Below, in pieces: positions 10,196 to 19,308 of a stretch of 64,000 nucleotides of DNA; the first letter of the stretch is position 1, and each line of letters opens with the position of its first letter. Both the position numbers and the translations under genes were made by a program. Below the pieces are notes generated by a model, which worked only from the letters and a program-made list of their open reading frames with translations, did not search any database and was not told the origin of the DNA. Where the stretch lies: positions 42,633 through 106,632 of the forward strand of contig CAZFMF010000001.1 of the NCBI GenBank assembly GCA_964519985.1, in the 5' to 3' direction. The stretch comes from an uncultured Pseudobdellovibrionaceae bacterium. Its GTDB lineage: Bacteria; Bdellovibrionota; FAC87; UBA2466.

Positions 10196-10825
10196 GTGGC
10201 TTACGACGGCCTCATTTTCGATTTGGACGGCACGCTCTGGGATACCACGCGGCCAGTAACCCGGGCCTGGAACTCCGTCGCCCAGCAACACCGCGACTTG
10301 CCCTCCGTGAGCGATGAGGACATTCGCTCGGTAATGGGACTTTCGCACGAGGAAGCGTTCGACAAACTCCTACCCGGTGTGCCTCCCCAGAAAGTCGAAA
10401 CGGCGGCTAGGGAATTTTACGAAAAAGAAATCGCGCTTTTACGGGACAACTACCTTTATCCGGGGGTGCGCGAGAGTCTCCCGAAGCTCGCCCAGTCTTA
10501 CTCGCTTTTCGTGGTGAGTAATTGCCAACCCAGTTACCTGACGCGCTTCTACGATTTAACTGGAATGAAACCGCTATTCCAGGATGCGGAGTGCTACGGC
10601 AACACTTTGAAACCCAAGGGTGACAATATTTCGTTGGTAATGCGGCGGAACGGTTTGTCGCAGGCAGCTTACATCGGCGATACGGCGGGAGATCAGATCG
10701 CCGCGCGGCAAGCGGGCGCGGACTTTTATCATGCGGCTTATGGCTTTGGTTCCCCGGCGCAAGAGTGTCTGGGATTTCAAACCTTCACCCAGATTAGCGA
10801 ATTCTTTCTCTCGCTCTTGGCCTAG
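10196..10825 (+). CDS. HAD-superfamily hydrolase
   Basis: FDLDGTLWD, VSNC, K, YIGDT motifs; start set at GTG 10196. Confidence 0.88.
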   Translation: MAYDGLIFDLDGTLWDTTRPVTRAWNSVAQQHRDLPSVSDEDIRSVMGLSHEEAFDKLLPGVPPQKVETAAREFYEKEIALLRDNYLYPGVRESLPKLAQSYSLFVVSNCQPSYLTRFYDLTGMKPLFQDAECYGNTLKPKGDNISLVMRRNGLSQAAYIGDTAGDQIAARQAGADFYHAAYGFGSPAQECLGFQTFTQISEFFLSLLA

Positions 10826-10974
10826 CCCTTAGGCGCCTTCGTGGATTTCCGTACCCTCAACCCGAATCTGCATTTCATCCCCCCGACACGATCACGATAG
10901 TGCGGCATGCCAAGGACGAAAAGGAATTTCTTTTTTAGGATTTGGTATCCTGAAAGAAGTTCACAGGGGGCAAA

Positions 10975-11910
10975 ATGCGACTGGGCGTGCTGATCACCTA
11001 TCACAATGAGCGTGAGCTCTTGACCGAATGCTTGACTTCTCTAATGAGTCAAAGCCGCCTGCCGGACGAGGTTTTGATCTACGACGATGCCTCCCGTTTT
11101 CCCGCCGAAGACTACTTGAACGGAATACCCGCCCGCGTGGTGCGAGCAGAAACGAACCAGGGGCCCGCGGTGGGGCGAAACCGGTTGTTGGAAGAGGCGA
11201 CTGCCGACTACATCCACTTTCACGATGCCGACGATCTTTTCTTGCCCGGGTGGGGACAGGCGATCGTGCGCGCGGCGGAGCTGCAGGCCCCCGACCTGAT
11301 TCTCACAGAGCTCAACTCGCGACGGGACGACGGCACACATTCGGAACGCCTGATTCAAATTCGCAAGCTCTCTCGGCAGATGGACCTGGTGCTCTTCACA
11401 TTAGAGCATCCGGTTTTGCCGGCGGCGGGCACCTACCGCCGCTCCTTCGTGCGAAGCGCAGGAGGCTATCGAGAGGATCTCTGGCAATCCGAAGACTATG
11501 AATTTCACGTCCGCCTGGCCGCTCGCGGCGCTAAATACTGTGCGATTTATGAGCCACTGGTGCTGCTGCGCGTGAGGGGAGAAAGCCGCAGTCAGAAGCA
11601 GCTGGAAGTTTGGGAATGTCGCTTCAAAGGGTTAGAAATTCTGACCGGAGTTTTACCACCTCGCTACCGCTCGCCCTTGGCGGATGCGTATGGGGTCGTC
11701 GGCCGCCAGTTGCACCAGCTGGGCGCGGCCGATCGGGCCCGCCAGTGCTTCGTGCGGGCGAAAGAGTTGGGAGGCGCTCGGTTCGAGGGCGCGTCGGTGG
11801 GATACCAGTACTTGGCTACTTGGTTTGGGCCCAACGTCGCCGAAAAGTTGGGGAGATTCTACCGACAGTTTTTACCTGCCCGTTTACGTCGCCGATTTCA
11901 CGGTACGTAG
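10975..11910 (+). CDS. Family 2 glycosyltransferase
   Basis: LIYDDAS, NQGPAVGRN, FHDADD, SEDYEF. Confidence 0.9.
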   Translation: MRLGVLITYHNERELLTECLTSLMSQSRLPDEVLIYDDASRFPAEDYLNGIPARVVRAETNQGPAVGRNRLLEEATADYIHFHDADDLFLPGWGQAIVRAAELQAPDLILTELNSRRDDGTHSERLIQIRKLSRQMDLVLFTLEHPVLPAAGTYRRSFVRSAGGYREDLWQSEDYEFHVRLAARGAKYCAIYEPLVLLRVRGESRSQKQLEVWECRFKGLEILTGVLPPRYRSPLADAYGVVGRQLHQLGAADRARQCFVRAKELGGARFEGASVGYQYLATWFGPNVAEKLGRFYRQFLPARLRRRFHGT

Positions 11911-12427
11911 ATTTCGGTTCCGCCGCCAGTTCCATCGCACAGCCCAGCTCCGCGAAGACAGTGGCGCTCGGTGTTTCGCTCTTATCCCACAGCGACAAAA
12001 GGAAATTGTCCCGATCGTCTTCGTGCGGGAAAGCCCGGGGGTCAGACAGGTGAAGGCTCCATTTCTCGACCTCGGCCGCCACATTCAGGGCAACCGAATC
12101 CCTGGACTTCGTAGTCAGACTAAAGCCGGAACTCTTCACCGCGAGGCCGTGCTTTAAATTAGTTATTTGGTAGCTTCCCGGTAGGAGAAAGATACGAAAA
12201 ACAAACGCCATTTCCTTAAAGCTGCTTTGCCCAAGTCTTGCGTGTCGAGCGTGGATTGCTTCGGCGATATCCGCCGCCAAAGCCAGACAAGCATCCGAAG
12301 GCGTGGGGCAAACGATTTCAATTCCCACCGCCGATGCGAGCTGGAGGTTAAGGGTAGCGAGATCGGCGGGGAGGGCAGAACTCGATAAGAAAAGCGGGCC
12401 CGCCGCCAGCCAGGACAAATATTTCAC
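11816..12427 (-). CDS. Secreted hypothetical protein
   Basis: AGGAGGAG RBS before GTG 12427; signal-like N-terminus; 3' end overlaps the GT2 gene by 95 nt. Confidence 0.5.
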   Translation of the reverse strand: MKYLSWLAAGPLFLSSSALPADLATLNLQLASAVGIEIVCPTPSDACLALAADIAEAIHARHARLGQSSFKEMAFVFRIFLLPGSYQITNLKHGLAVKSSGFSLTTKSRDSVALNVAAEVEKWSLHLSDPRAFPHEDDRDNFLLSLWDKSETPSATVFAELGCAMELAAEPKSTYREIGDVNGQVKTVGRISPTFRRRWAQTK

Positions 12428-12510
12428 CGGAAAACTCCTCCTGAATGGGCCCGACGTGTAGCAGATAGCGGCCGGTCGATCTAGCAAACTCAAGGCCCTA
12501 ACGAAAAGCT

Positions 12511-12538
12511 TAAAGAAAGCTTCCGCGGACTCCGAAAT
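12511..12538 (+). promoter_or_regulatory. Sigma28 (FliA)-like promoter TAAA-N16-TCCGAAAT
   Basis: Resembles the TAAA-N15/16-GCCGATAA consensus, 26 nt upstream of ATG 12565; same spacing at two other sites. Confidence 0.5.
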
Positions 12539-12564
12539 AGGAAAAAAACCACGAGGTTTCACGC

Positions 12565-13770
12565 ATGGATCCGAAAACGCTCGAAATCGTCCAAAACGTC
12601 ATGTTCCTCAAAGCCCTGCAATCGGCGGTGGCATTCATCTGGGGAAGTGGGGACCCAATGTGGATGGCGGTGCTGAAGCGCACCTTCCTCATGCTCCCGC
12701 TGGGCGCGATTGCGCTGAGCTACTGGACGACGGTGTTGAGCCTCGTGACGGTGATCTTCCGCGCCGACCGGCAGCGGTTCATGAGCACCCTCTTCGTGAC
12801 CTGGTGGGACCTAGGCCGAGCGATTTTCAGCTTCTGGGGCGGTTGCTTCAAAGCGGTCTTCTCGCTGGCGATAGCCTGCTTCGGCGTAGCGCGCTTGGCG
12901 CTGGTCGGAACCTGGGTGGCGGTACAAGATTTCGTGATGATTCCCTTCCGCGGCGCGGCACAGGTGGCCTCCGGAATTGCGAATCCCAGCATCCCGTGGA
13001 TTGCGGTGACGATGACGTTGGCCTGGTGCTTCTTCGAAGGCATGCTCTTCACCTACGTCATGACCCCCTTAGTGGTCGATGTGCTCGGAAACTTGGTCGG
13101 TGGCGAATTGAATCAGACGGCGGTGCAAGTTCCCTTGTTCTGCTTCATGACCTTCATCGGATTGGGTAGCTACTCGGTCTTGTCGACGTGGGCGACGTCG
13201 CTCAAGTCGCGCGATATGGCGCAGATTGTAAAAATCGGCGCGATCGAAGCGGTGGCGATGTTCGTGGAAGTCGTGTTCTTGTACCGCGAATTCGTCGATG
13301 CCTTGACCCCTTGGATTTCGCAGCACGCGCCGAATTTCGAACTCGGGATTTTCGGGACACTTTTGATTGCGGCAACGACGTGGTTCGGTATCCGGTCGCT
13401 CTCCTGGTTCCTCTTCGCTTCGAGTGGCACGCCGACGATCATGGCCATCATTCAAGGCACGGGCTTAAACATGAAGGGTGGGGGCGCCGGCAAAGTAGTG
13501 CGTTTGAGCTTCCCACTCACCAGCCAGCTGGTGGATCGCATCAAGGCGGAAATGGGCTGGATTAAAGAAACGGGTGAAATGGTGCTCGGCGCGTTTATCT
13601 TGCCGCCACTCCAAGTAGTAGCCGGGGCGATCAACTTCTGTACCGTGCTGTTTGCAAACCGCCACTTGTTCTCGATTCCGTTCGAGAGCGTGGGTGACTT
13701 GAAGGATGCTCGTTCGCTGTTGGCCGATATGGAATCCAAACGCAAAACGTCGCGCCGTAAGGCGGCCTAA
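12565..13770 (+). CDS. Uncharacterised polytopic membrane protein
   Basis: 401 aa, many hydrophobic segments, strong coding-like codon bias, basic C-tail. Confidence 0.85.
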   Translation: MDPKTLEIVQNVMFLKALQSAVAFIWGSGDPMWMAVLKRTFLMLPLGAIALSYWTTVLSLVTVIFRADRQRFMSTLFVTWWDLGRAIFSFWGGCFKAVFSLAIACFGVARLALVGTWVAVQDFVMIPFRGAAQVASGIANPSIPWIAVTMTLAWCFFEGMLFTYVMTPLVVDVLGNLVGGELNQTAVQVPLFCFMTFIGLGSYSVLSTWATSLKSRDMAQIVKIGAIEAVAMFVEVVFLYREFVDALTPWISQHAPNFELGIFGTLLIAATTWFGIRSLSWFLFASSGTPTIMAIIQGTGLNMKGGGAGKVVRLSFPLTSQLVDRIKAEMGWIKETGEMVLGAFILPPLQVVAGAINFCTVLFANRHLFSIPFESVGDLKDARSLLADMESKRKTSRRKAA

Positions 13771-13792
13771 CCGCTCTCCGGGAGAAGAAAAA

Positions 13793-14557
13793 ATGCTCGC
13801 TCGTGTCCTCTTAGCTCTGAGTTTCGTGTTTGCGACGGTTTCCATTCCGGCTTCCGCCGCCGAAAAGCCGGTGCCGCGGTTGGTGCTCTTCGTGGGCGTG
13901 GATATCAGCGGGTCGTTTCTGAAGGGAAAACACTTCAGCGATGCGATGGACTTTCTCGCGCACTACCTTTACGCGCACTTGCACGGCCACGGCGGACTCG
14001 AAGTGCCGACCGCGATGTTCGTGGGAACAATCGGCGGCTCGAAGCCCGACGAACCGAAGACGCTCTTTCCGATCCAGACGTTCCAGAACACGTCGATTCC
14101 GGAAATTCGTGCGAAGCTGGCCGATATTTTCCCAAAGCACAAATCGAACCCGTTCACGGATTTCAACGCGTTCTTTGAATCGGTGGGAGACACAATTAAA
14201 GATCGCAAGCTGTTGATGAAGCCAGTTTCAATCGTTTTGATCAGCGATGGTAAGCCGGATGTCGCCGGTAAAACCGGAAAAGATGCGGTTCGCACGATCC
14301 AGTTGAAGCCTCTGGAAAATCTCTCGCGGCACGTGACCTTGCGCTTGCTCTACACCGACGCGGAAACCGGTAAGTTCTGGCGCAGCGAAATTCCACGCAA
14401 GAAGGTGAAGATTTGGACGCAGGACGCCACGGTGATGTCGGAGTGGAAGAGCTCGAACCTCTTTAAAGAAGGTAAAGCTTTTCCGGAACAAGACCGATTG
14501 TTTTCATGGGTGAAGGACAACGTCGATTTCGCGGTCCGCTCCCAACGCGTTGACTGA
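13793..14557 (+). CDS. Exported von Willebrand factor A (vWA) domain protein
   Basis: Signal peptide; MIDAS residues VGVDISGS, FTDF, IVLISDGKPD. Confidence 0.8.
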   Translation: MLARVLLALSFVFATVSIPASAAEKPVPRLVLFVGVDISGSFLKGKHFSDAMDFLAHYLYAHLHGHGGLEVPTAMFVGTIGGSKPDEPKTLFPIQTFQNTSIPEIRAKLADIFPKHKSNPFTDFNAFFESVGDTIKDRKLLMKPVSIVLISDGKPDVAGKTGKDAVRTIQLKPLENLSRHVTLRLLYTDAETGKFWRSEIPRKKVKIWTQDATVMSEWKSSNLFKEGKAFPEQDRLFSWVKDNVDFAVRSQRVD

Positions 14558-14572
14558 TTTTTGAAGCCGTAA

Positions 14573-14680
14573 ACGAAAGCCGTTTTCCGAATCACGGGTT
14601 CGAGCTAAGGGTACCCCTCTCCGATGGGCGAGGACTCCCGGCCCCGGCTCCGTGCTTCGGGACACGGCTTTCGTCTTTTT
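14573..14680 (+). other. ~100-nt irregular hairpin followed by a U-tract (terminator or structured 3'UTR/ncRNA)
   Basis: ACGAAAGCCGTTTTCCGAATCACGG pairs with CCGTGCTTCGGGACACGGCTTTCGT; followed by CTTTTT. Confidence 0.6.
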
Positions 14681-14731
14681 GACCCACCGCACCTTCCCAA
14701 ACCTCGTGTTAGAATAACGCCTCGTCAATAT

Positions 14732-14777
14732 TGTCTTAAAAGGCTGTCTTAAAAGGTTCCACGCACTTTTTAAGACA
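14732..14777. promoter_or_regulatory. Triple TGTCTTAAAA box (two direct copies, one inverted); candidate operator
   Basis: TGTCTTAAAAGG at 14732 and 14745; TTTTAAGACA at 14768-14777. Confidence 0.5.
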
Positions 14778-14787
14778 CCCCAAAGAA

Positions 14788-17001
14788 TTGAGGCAAAAGA
14801 TGGTTCGGCGGCGCGGGTCTAGCGTTTTGACGTTTTGGCAAATTCCGATCAATTGGTTTCGCACCGATCAGACCGATTGGGTGGGATTGCGGTCGACCGG
14901 ATCGCTTCCGTACTGGATCGCACTGGCCGCGGCGGTCGGACTGTTCTTGGAGCTTTCGGTCATTCGCTGGCATTCGTCGCTGTTTTCGCTCTTTGGCTTC
15001 TACAAGAACTTCAGCCTCCTTTCGGCCTTCCTCGGACTGGGCGTCGGCTATGCGGTGGGCAAACGCCGACCCATTCGCCTGGGCTTCGTCGTACTTTTCC
15101 TGGGGCTTCAGCTCGGACTCTTCGGTGTGGTGAAGCTGGCCGGTTGGCACCACCTGCTCAAAAACCCGGTCTCCGAACTCTTAACCATGGGCCTCGATGG
15201 TACGGAAGGTTGGACGGCTTGGTTTGGGGTGGTCGCGTTTCTCTCGCTGGTTTTTGTTTTGAATGCGATGACTTTTATGCCGCTTGGCCAAGTGGCTGGT
15301 GCCCTCATGGCTCGCGTTCCGAATTTGCGGGGTTACGGATTCAATCTGCTGGGCAGTCTGGCGGGAATCTTAGCTTTCACCGGTTTGTCTTACCTTTGGA
15401 TGCCCCCCGAAGCTTGGTTCGCCCTGGCGTTTGCAGGCCTGTTCCTCATGATGGGAGCCTCCGCGGTGGTGGCGCCGGCGGTGGTCGTCTGCGCGATGCT
15501 CTTTTCCATCTTCTGCGCCTACGAACCCCGGCCTTTGCGCAAAAATGTTTACTCGCCCTACCAAGCGCTCTCCATTCGGCCGGTTAGTGACGAGTCGCGC
15601 GTGGTGGTCAGCGTGAATCAGCTCTATTACCAAAAGATCTTGGATCTCTCGCGCAGCCAATCCCTGCGCAGCCCCACCGCGCAGCTTAACTCTTTGAGTT
15701 ACGACATGCCCTTTCAGTTGACGCCGACGCCGCAGAACGTGCTGATTGTCGGTGCGGGTACGGGCAACGATGTGGCCGCGGCTTTGCGTCGGGGCGCGAC
15801 GCACGTCGACGCGGTAGAAATCGATCCGGTGATCCAAAAGATCGGTGGGGAATTGCATCCCGAGAAGCCATACCAGGACTCGCGTGTGTCGACTTATATC
15901 GATGATGCCCGCGCCTTCTTGCGCAAGCCGGGCAAATCCTATGACCTCGTCGTTTACGGCCTGCTCGATTCGCACACCATGCTTTCCAATCTTTCGAATG
16001 TGCGGCTCGACTCCTTCGTCTACACCGTCGAAGCGTTTGAAGAAGCGCGCTCCCGTTTGAAGGAGAACGGCATGCTGGCTCTGAGCTTCAGCATGATCAG
16101 TGATGGTCTGGGGCATAAACTTTTTCGGATGCTGAAACAGGCTTTCGACGGCCAAGATCCGATCGTTTTGCAACCGGGCTATGATGGCGGAGTGCTCTTT
16201 CTCGCCGGGGGCGGCACGCGCCAGATTGCGGCGAGCAGCTTGCCTTTACCCAATCTCGCTTCGCGCTACTCGAGCTATACCGGTACGGTGGATCTTTCGA
16301 CCGACGATTGGCCGTTCTTCTACATGCCGCGCCGTCAGTACCCAGTGACGTACGCTGCGATCCTGGGCGCCCTGTTGGCGCTTTCACTGCTGATCATCCG
16401 CGCGTTTGTCCCCACGGAACGCCGGGCGGGCGTCACGGCGTCGTCGTGGGTTTTCTTTTTCCTCGGTGCGGGTTTCATGTTGATAGAAACCCGATCGATT
16501 ACGGAGCTCGGTCTGACTTTCGGCAACACCTGGTTGGTGGTAGCGATTGTGATCAGCGGGATCCTCTTGATGGCTTGGGCCGCGAATCTCACCGTGTCGT
16601 ACTTACCGAATATTCCCCCGAGTGTTTCCTTCGGTTGTCTCGCCGCCAGTCTTCTCTTTGGGTGGTGGTTGCAAGGCGGTAATGCCAACTTGGAAATCGG
16701 CTCGGTGGGCAATGTCGTGGTGGCAGTGCTCCCGCTTTTCTTCTCCGGATTGCTCTTTTCTTCGGCGCTGCGGGATCACGCCACGGTGGGAATGGCGATG
16801 GCGGCCAATCTCTTCGGATCGATGTGCGGCGGGCTCCTAGAGTACCATTCGATGGTGGCCGGTTTCCGCAGCCTTTACCTCCTCGGGTTGGGAATGTACG
16901 CGTGTGCATTCGGTGCCTACCTTTGGCAGCGCCGCAGCAGCAAGCGTGGTTCCAAAGGCGTGGGAAAGGTCCCGCTCCGCAAGCTGGCTTCCGCCCGCTA
17001 G
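14788..17001 (+). CDS. Membrane protein with a central spermidine-synthase-like SAM-binding domain flanked by TM blocks
   Basis: LFLELSVIRW N-block; VLIVGAGTGNDV, AVEIDP, DDARAFL, TDDWPFFY; FFFLGAGFMLIET C-block; start uncertain. Confidence 0.82.
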   Translation: MRQKMVRRRGSSVLTFWQIPINWFRTDQTDWVGLRSTGSLPYWIALAAAVGLFLELSVIRWHSSLFSLFGFYKNFSLLSAFLGLGVGYAVGKRRPIRLGFVVLFLGLQLGLFGVVKLAGWHHLLKNPVSELLTMGLDGTEGWTAWFGVVAFLSLVFVLNAMTFMPLGQVAGALMARVPNLRGYGFNLLGSLAGILAFTGLSYLWMPPEAWFALAFAGLFLMMGASAVVAPAVVVCAMLFSIFCAYEPRPLRKNVYSPYQALSIRPVSDESRVVVSVNQLYYQKILDLSRSQSLRSPTAQLNSLSYDMPFQLTPTPQNVLIVGAGTGNDVAAALRRGATHVDAVEIDPVIQKIGGELHPEKPYQDSRVSTYIDDARAFLRKPGKSYDLVVYGLLDSHTMLSNLSNVRLDSFVYTVEAFEEARSRLKENGMLALSFSMISDGLGHKLFRMLKQAFDGQDPIVLQPGYDGGVLFLAGGGTRQIAASSLPLPNLASRYSSYTGTVDLSTDDWPFFYMPRRQYPVTYAAILGALLALSLLIIRAFVPTERRAGVTASSWVFFFLGAGFMLIETRSITELGLTFGNTWLVVAIVISGILLMAWAANLTVSYLPNIPPSVSFGCLAASLLFGWWLQGGNANLEIGSVGNVVVAVLPLFFSGLLFSSALRDHATVGMAMAANLFGSMCGGLLEYHSMVAGFRSLYLLGLGMYACAFGAYLWQRRSSKRGSKGVGKVPLRKLASAR

Positions 17002-17050
17002 GGTTTGCCTTTCGGACGAACTCTTGGTTAGCCTCCACTCAGGGGGAAAT

Positions 17051-17518
17051 ATGACCGACCGTGACTACATGGCGCTGGCGATCGAAACGACCCGTCAGGG
17101 CATCCGAGAGGGGCAATCGCCTTTCGGGGCCGTGATTGTGCGGGCCGGGGAAATCGTCGCCAATACGCACAACACGGTTTGGCGCACGATGGACCCGACC
17201 GCCCACGGAGAAGTGAATGCCATTCGTCAGGCTGCTTTAAACCTCAAATCCATCGATCTTACGGGGTCGGTGATTTATTCCACCTGCGAACCGTGCCCGA
17301 TGTGTCTCACCGCCATCCATTGGGCCAAGATCGATCGGCTCGTGTTTGGAGCGACGATTGCCGACGCCAAGAATACCGGGTTCGAGGAATTGACCATTTC
17401 TTCTCACGAGATGGTGCGCTTGGGTGGCGGCCGCTTGAAAATTGAAGGAAATCTGATGCAAACGGAGTGTGTTGGGCTTTTCCGGTACTTTCTGGAGAGC
17501 GGTGGTAAAGTTTATTGA
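17051..17518 (+). CDS. guaD: Guanine deaminase (cytidine/deoxycytidylate deaminase fold)
   Basis: PFGAVI, DPTAHGEVNAIR, CEPCPMC; adjacent to adenine deaminase. Confidence 0.85.
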   Translation: MTDRDYMALAIETTRQGIREGQSPFGAVIVRAGEIVANTHNTVWRTMDPTAHGEVNAIRQAALNLKSIDLTGSVIYSTCEPCPMCLTAIHWAKIDRLVFGATIADAKNTGFEELTISSHEMVRLGGGRLKIEGNLMQTECVGLFRYFLESGGKVY

Positions 17519-19200
17519 TGAAGAACGATCGCAAGCAGCGGTTTAGGCGGGTTGAAGCGGCCCTCGGCCGAACACCTTGCGATCTTATTCTTCGGGATGC
17601 CGCCTACCTCGACGTCTTTTCCCTCGAGTGGAAAAAGGGAGATATCGCGATTTTTGATGGCCGTATCGTCGGCCTCGATCCCGGCCTGAAGGCAAAGCGC
17701 GAAGTCGCGCTCAATGGCAAGTCGGTCGTTCCCGGTTTTATCGATGCCCACGTGCACGTGGAAAGTTCGATGCTGGCCCCCGGAAACTTTGAGCGGGCCG
17801 TTTTGCCACGGGGAACGACCACCGCGATTTGCGATCCCCACGAACTGGCCAATGTTCAAGGCGTTTCGGGTATCAAATATTTTCTCGAGTCGTCGGAGTC
17901 ACTTTCTCTCGACCTCCGGGTGATGCTCAGCTCCTGTGTGCCAGCCACGGACTTTGAAACCAACGGCGCCGGCCACTTGCCGGCCTCCAAACTGCTGCCC
18001 TTGCGCAAGCATCCCCACGCTTTAGGGCTCGCCGAGATGATGAACGTTCCCGGCGTGCTTTCCGGCGATAAGGAAGTTTGGGAAAAGCTCGAGGCCTTTT
18101 CGGGTTTGGTGATCGATGGCCATTGTCCTTTGCTGAGCGGACACGCGCTATCGGCCTATGCGACCGCCGGCATCTCGAGCTGTCACGAATCCACCCAGCT
18201 CGAAGAAGCCCGCGAGAAACTGACGAAGGGGCTGGCGGTTTGGATTCGCGAGGGCAGTGTCGCCAAAGATCTCAAGGCGCTAGCCCCCTTGCTCACGGTG
18301 GCGAGCTCCGCACGCATCGGCTTTTGTACGGACGATCGCAATCCGCTCGATATCGCCCGCGAAGGCCACATCGATTTTCTGGTTCGGGAAGCCATTCGCT
18401 TGGGTGTGGCTCTTGAGGCGGCCTACCGCAGTGCCTCGTGGACCGTCGCGCGGCACTACGGCCTAAACGATCGGGGCGCGGTGGCACCCGGCTTGCGCGC
18501 GGATCTGCTGGTCTTAGGCGATCGCAAAAGCTGCGCGGTCGAACGCGTCTTGTGCGCCGGCGATTTTGTCGACGAACTGGATTTGGGACGCCTGAAGAAA
18601 AAGAAGTTCCCAAACTCAGTCGATGCCGCGCTCCCCGAAGCGAAGGACCTCGTGGGCCCATCGGGCCGCGTTCATGCAATCGGGGTGCAAAAAAAGAAAA
18701 TCATCACCGACAAACTCGTCCGCAACCATGACGATCGGGATGTGGCGCGGCTCACCGTTTTGGAACGCTACGGCCATCGACGCAAACCCGCCAATGCCTA
18801 TGTCGTCGGATTCGGTGAACGTTTTCGGGGCGCGATTGCTTCGAGCGTCGGTCACGATAGCCACAATCTCATCGTCGTGGGCAAAGACGCGAAGGATATG
18901 GCGGTGGCACTGGGGGCACTGATTGAGAGTGGCGGTGGCTATTGCGTGGTGGAAAACGGCGCGGTGGTATCGCTCTTACCCCTACCGCTCGGTGGGTTAA
19001 TGTCCGACCAACCGGGCGAAGCGATCGAAAAAAAGCTCGCGGAGATGCGCCGGATTTGTCGCGATCTGCAGTGTGAATTGGACGAGCCCTTTCTCCAGCT
19101 CGCGTTCCTGAGTCTTCCCGTTATTCCGTCGCTCAAGCTCACGGACCGAGGTTTAATCGACGTTGACGCCTTCAAGCCCATCAGCGTACGAGCATCCTAA
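17518..19200 (+). CDS. ade: Adenine deaminase
   Basis: PGFIDAHVHVESS, DPHELANV, LAEMMN, DGHCP, CTDDR, GHDSHN. Confidence 0.95.
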   Translation: MKNDRKQRFRRVEAALGRTPCDLILRDAAYLDVFSLEWKKGDIAIFDGRIVGLDPGLKAKREVALNGKSVVPGFIDAHVHVESSMLAPGNFERAVLPRGTTTAICDPHELANVQGVSGIKYFLESSESLSLDLRVMLSSCVPATDFETNGAGHLPASKLLPLRKHPHALGLAEMMNVPGVLSGDKEVWEKLEAFSGLVIDGHCPLLSGHALSAYATAGISSCHESTQLEEAREKLTKGLAVWIREGSVAKDLKALAPLLTVASSARIGFCTDDRNPLDIAREGHIDFLVREAIRLGVALEAAYRSASWTVARHYGLNDRGAVAPGLRADLLVLGDRKSCAVERVLCAGDFVDELDLGRLKKKKFPNSVDAALPEAKDLVGPSGRVHAIGVQKKKIITDKLVRNHDDRDVARLTVLERYGHRRKPANAYVVGFGERFRGAIASSVGHDSHNLIVVGKDAKDMAVALGALIESGGGYCVVENGAVVSLLPLPLGGLMSDQPGEAIEKKLAEMRRICRDLQCELDEPFLQLAFLSLPVIPSLKLTDRGLIDVDAFKPISVRAS

Positions 19201-19303
19201 AAGGTGCCCATCGACTTTTCGGCCCAAAAGGTAGCGGGTGCGACCTGTGTCATTTTCCACCCGGCACTTTTCCGGCCGGAAAGTCGATGGGCACCTTTTA
19301 GGA
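19195..19303. repeat. REPIN/MITE-like palindromic element, family A, copy 1
   Basis: Perfect 24-bp terminal IR TCCTAAAAGGTGCCCATCGACTTT / AAAGTCGATGGGCACCTTTTAGGA; related copies at 46176 and 55511. Confidence 0.88.
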
Positions 19304-19308
19304 GGTCT

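Noticed and set aside
14573-14674. SRP RNA, 6S RNA or tRNA call for the long hairpin
   Set aside because: It lacks the SRP helix-8 motif, is too short for 6S, and has no cloverleaf despite a GGTTCGA-like stretch
17002-17050. Purine riboswitch ahead of guaD-ade
   Set aside because: Only 49 nt and no aptamer consensus
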